Positions 61,561 through 64,000 of a stretch of DNA of 64,000 nt are shown here, piece by piece; position 1 is the first letter of the stretch, and each line of letters begins with the position of its first letter. The stretch covers positions 137,456,001 to 137,520,000 of the forward strand of contig NC_086097.1 in the NCBI RefSeq assembly GCF_963921235.1. The letters are read 5' to 3'. Below the pieces are notes generated by a model that was given only the letters and a program-made list of their open reading frames with translations, made no database searches and was not told the origin of the DNA. The translations under genes were made by a program, and so were the position numbers. Origin of the DNA: Mobula hypostoma. Its lineage: Eukaryota.

Positions 61561-62236
61561 GTCGATATACTGTGTCTGGTGCTCCCAGTGTGGCTTTCTA
61601 TATATTGGTGAGACCCGACGCAGATTGGGAGACCACTTTGCTGAACACCTACGCTCTGTCCGTCAGAGGAAGCAGGATCTGCCAGTGGCCACACATTTTA
61701 ATTCCACGTCCCATTCCGATATGTCAATCCATGGCCTCCTGTACTGTCGAGATGAAGCCACACTCAGGTTGGAGGAACAACACCTTATATTCCGTCTGGG
61801 TAGCCTCCAACCTGATGGCATGAACATTGATTTCTCTAGTTTCCATTAATGCCCCTCCTCCCCTTCTTACCCCATCCCTAATTTATTATTTATTTCTCTC
61901 TTTCCCTCTCACTATAACTTCTTGCCTGTTCTTCATCTTCCTCTGGTGCTCCCCTCCCCCTTTCTTTCTTCCAAGGCCTTCCAGCCCATGATACTCCCCC
62001 TTCTCCTGCTTTGTATCCCTTTTGCCAATCAACTTCCCAGCTCTTGACTCCATCCCTCCCCCTCCTATCTTCTCCTATCATTTCAGGTCTCCCCCTCCCC
62101 CTCCCACTTTCAAATCTCGTACTATCTCTTCTTTCCGTTAATCCTGACAAAGGGTCTCGACCCGAAACGTCGACTGTACCGCTTCCTATAGATGCTGCCT
62201 GGCCTGCTGCGTTCCACCAGCATTTTGTGTGTGTTA
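61560..62236 (+). mobile_element. Penelope-like element 3' fragment
   Basis: [32 protein letters not shown]...MNIDFS; hammerhead-like motif at ~62141-62175. Confidence 0.9.
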
Positions 62237-62409
62237 CGTAATTGATTTACTTGTTTATTTATTATTATGTTTTATTTGATTTATTACTTTTTTTCCTCTC
62301 TCTCTCTCTCTACTAGATTATGTATTGCATTGAACTGCCGCTGCAAAGTTAACGAATTTCACGTCACATGCCGGTGATTTTAAACTTGATTCTGATTCTG
62401 ATTCACAGT

Positions 62410-62960
62410 GGAGGACACATCCAAAGAGAACGGATATATAAAAAATTAAATAAATAGTACAAAAAGAGAGCACAAAAAATGCTGAGGTAGTGTTCATCGG
62501 TTCATTGTCCATTCAGAAATCTGATGGCGGTTAGGAAGCAGGTGTTCCTAGAACGTTAAGTGTGTGCCTTCGGACACCGGTGCCTCCTGCTCACTGGTAG
62601 CAATGAGAAGAGCGCATATTGTGGATGATGGTGTCCTTAATGACGGATGCTGCCTTTTGGAGGCAGCACTTTTTGAAGGTGTCCTTGACGCTGGGGAGGC
62701 TAGTGCCCGTGATGGAGCTGGCTGAGTTTTTAGCTTTCTGCAGCTTTTTCAAGTCCTTTGCAGATGGTGATGCAACCAGCTAGAAAGCTCTCCACAATCC
62801 ATCTCTAAAAATTTCTGAGTCTTTGGTGACGTACCAATTCTCCTCAAACTCCTAATGAAATATAGCTGCTGTCGTGCCTTCTTCGTAATTGCATCAATAT
62901 GTCTGGGCCCAGGACACATCCTCAGAGATGTTGACACCCAGGAATGCAAAACTGCAAGTG
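62410..62960 (-). mobile_element. Rex1/Babar-like 3' fragment
   Basis: HIDAITKKARQQLYFIRSLRR; an oppositely oriented tail (gattctga)n lies at ~62240-62405. Confidence 0.7.
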
Positions 62961-62979
62961 GACACATTTGTGAAGATTT

Positions 62980-63555
62980 ACTAAAATTCTCTGGACTCTG
63001 GACAGGTCCTGGCAGATTGGAACGCAGCACATATCATGCCACTGTTTAAAAAAGGACATAAGCAAAGGATGGGTAACTATAGCCAGTCAGCTGAACATCT
63101 GTGATCAGGAAAATGTGGATGGAAATGGTTCCACCAGGCAGACATGGCATGGTCTCATGAAGAGCAAGTACTGTTCGACAAACTTACTGGAGTTCTTCGG
63201 GGATATAAGGAGAACAGGTGAATGTTGTATACTTAGATTTCTGAAAGGTGTTCAATAAGATGCTGCATAAAAAGACTTATTCATAAGATAAGGATGCATG
63301 GAGTTGAGGGCAATGTATTAGTACGGATAGGCGATTGGTTAATCAATAGGAGGCAGAGAGTTGGAATAAATGGGTGTTTCTCCAGTGGGCAGTCAGTGGA
63401 GTGCCGCAGGCATTGGTGTTGGGCCTGCAATTTTTCATTATATACTTTAGTGATTTGAAAGAGGGGCCCAGTTGTAGTGCATCTCAGCTTGCTGACGATG
63501 CTAAGTTGAGTGGAAAAGGAAATTAAGGGGAGGACACAGAGAGTCTGCAGAGCAA
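62980..63555 (+). mobile_element. Decayed CR1 RT fragment
   Basis: ccactgtttaaaaaagga, aactatagccagtcagc, gctgacgatgctaag. Confidence 0.7.
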
Positions 63556-63569
63556 TAAGAATCTCCCCT

Positions 63570-64000
63570 TGGCAGCTCATGGAGTAAGGCGTGTTTGTCG
63601 CAGCTCCATCTTTTACAACTTACGTTCCACTGTTAGATTTGTTTAAAGTTTGAAGATTTATTACTTTTGCTGAAGGATTTACGATTCAATTACGATGGCT
63701 GATACTCGATCTGGAATTGAATTAAGAGGTGGTAAAACTCTTCCCGAAGATGAACAAAGAAGGAAATCAGAGGAAGTCTCTACTTCAGAAAGAATGCTCT
63801 CTTTAATAGAAGCCATAGATGCTAAGATTGCTACGGTAGACACCAAAATCGCTAAGCTGACGAATGCTAATGGAAAGCTTGAAAAAACCATTTTTGCTGT
63901 TCAGGAATCTTTTAAGAATCTGAAAGATCAATATCAGATGCTTAAACAGAGCACTCATAGAATTGAAAGAGAACAGGAGTCAACAAGTTAAACTATTAAA
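63570..64000 (+). mobile_element. Probable 5' end of an L1-like LINE (5' UTR plus ORF1 coiled-coil start), running off the window
   Basis: 5' motif ggcagctcatggagtaagg...gcagctcc resembles fish L1 starts. ORF 63695-63991 is heptad-rich (LSLIEAIDAKIATVDTKIAKL...LKDQYQML). Confidence 0.55.

Overview
Eukaryotic (vertebrate) genomic DNA. The repeat landscape suggests a cartilaginous fish, probably a ray or skate (inference). The window holds one complete protein-coding gene on the minus strand, anoctamin-10 (ANO10/TMEM16K). I mapped 12 coding exons by hand, all with GT-AG introns (CDS 42146->824, 1992 nt, 663 aa), plus a candidate non-coding exon 1 in a CpG-island promoter at about 57.3-57.9 kb. 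The introns and upstream region are crowded with often nested transposable elements: CR1 and Rex1/Babar-like LINEs, Penelope-like (GIY-YIG) elements with minimal hammerhead ribozyme motifs, a degenerate Gypsy element, a solo LTR, Tc1, mariner, Tigger and hAT-type DNA elements, tRNA-derived SINEs, the 5' end of an L1-like element, and a 58-bp minisatellite. The most interesting signals are the many hammerhead-bearing Penelope tails (one with an intact core, several as fold-backs), a modular SINE with three different tails, a ~200-bp duplication bracketing the Gypsy element, and a splice-donor microsatellite plus uORF in the ANO10 5' region. I found no clearly novel protein-coding system. Family names come from recalled motifs, not database searches.
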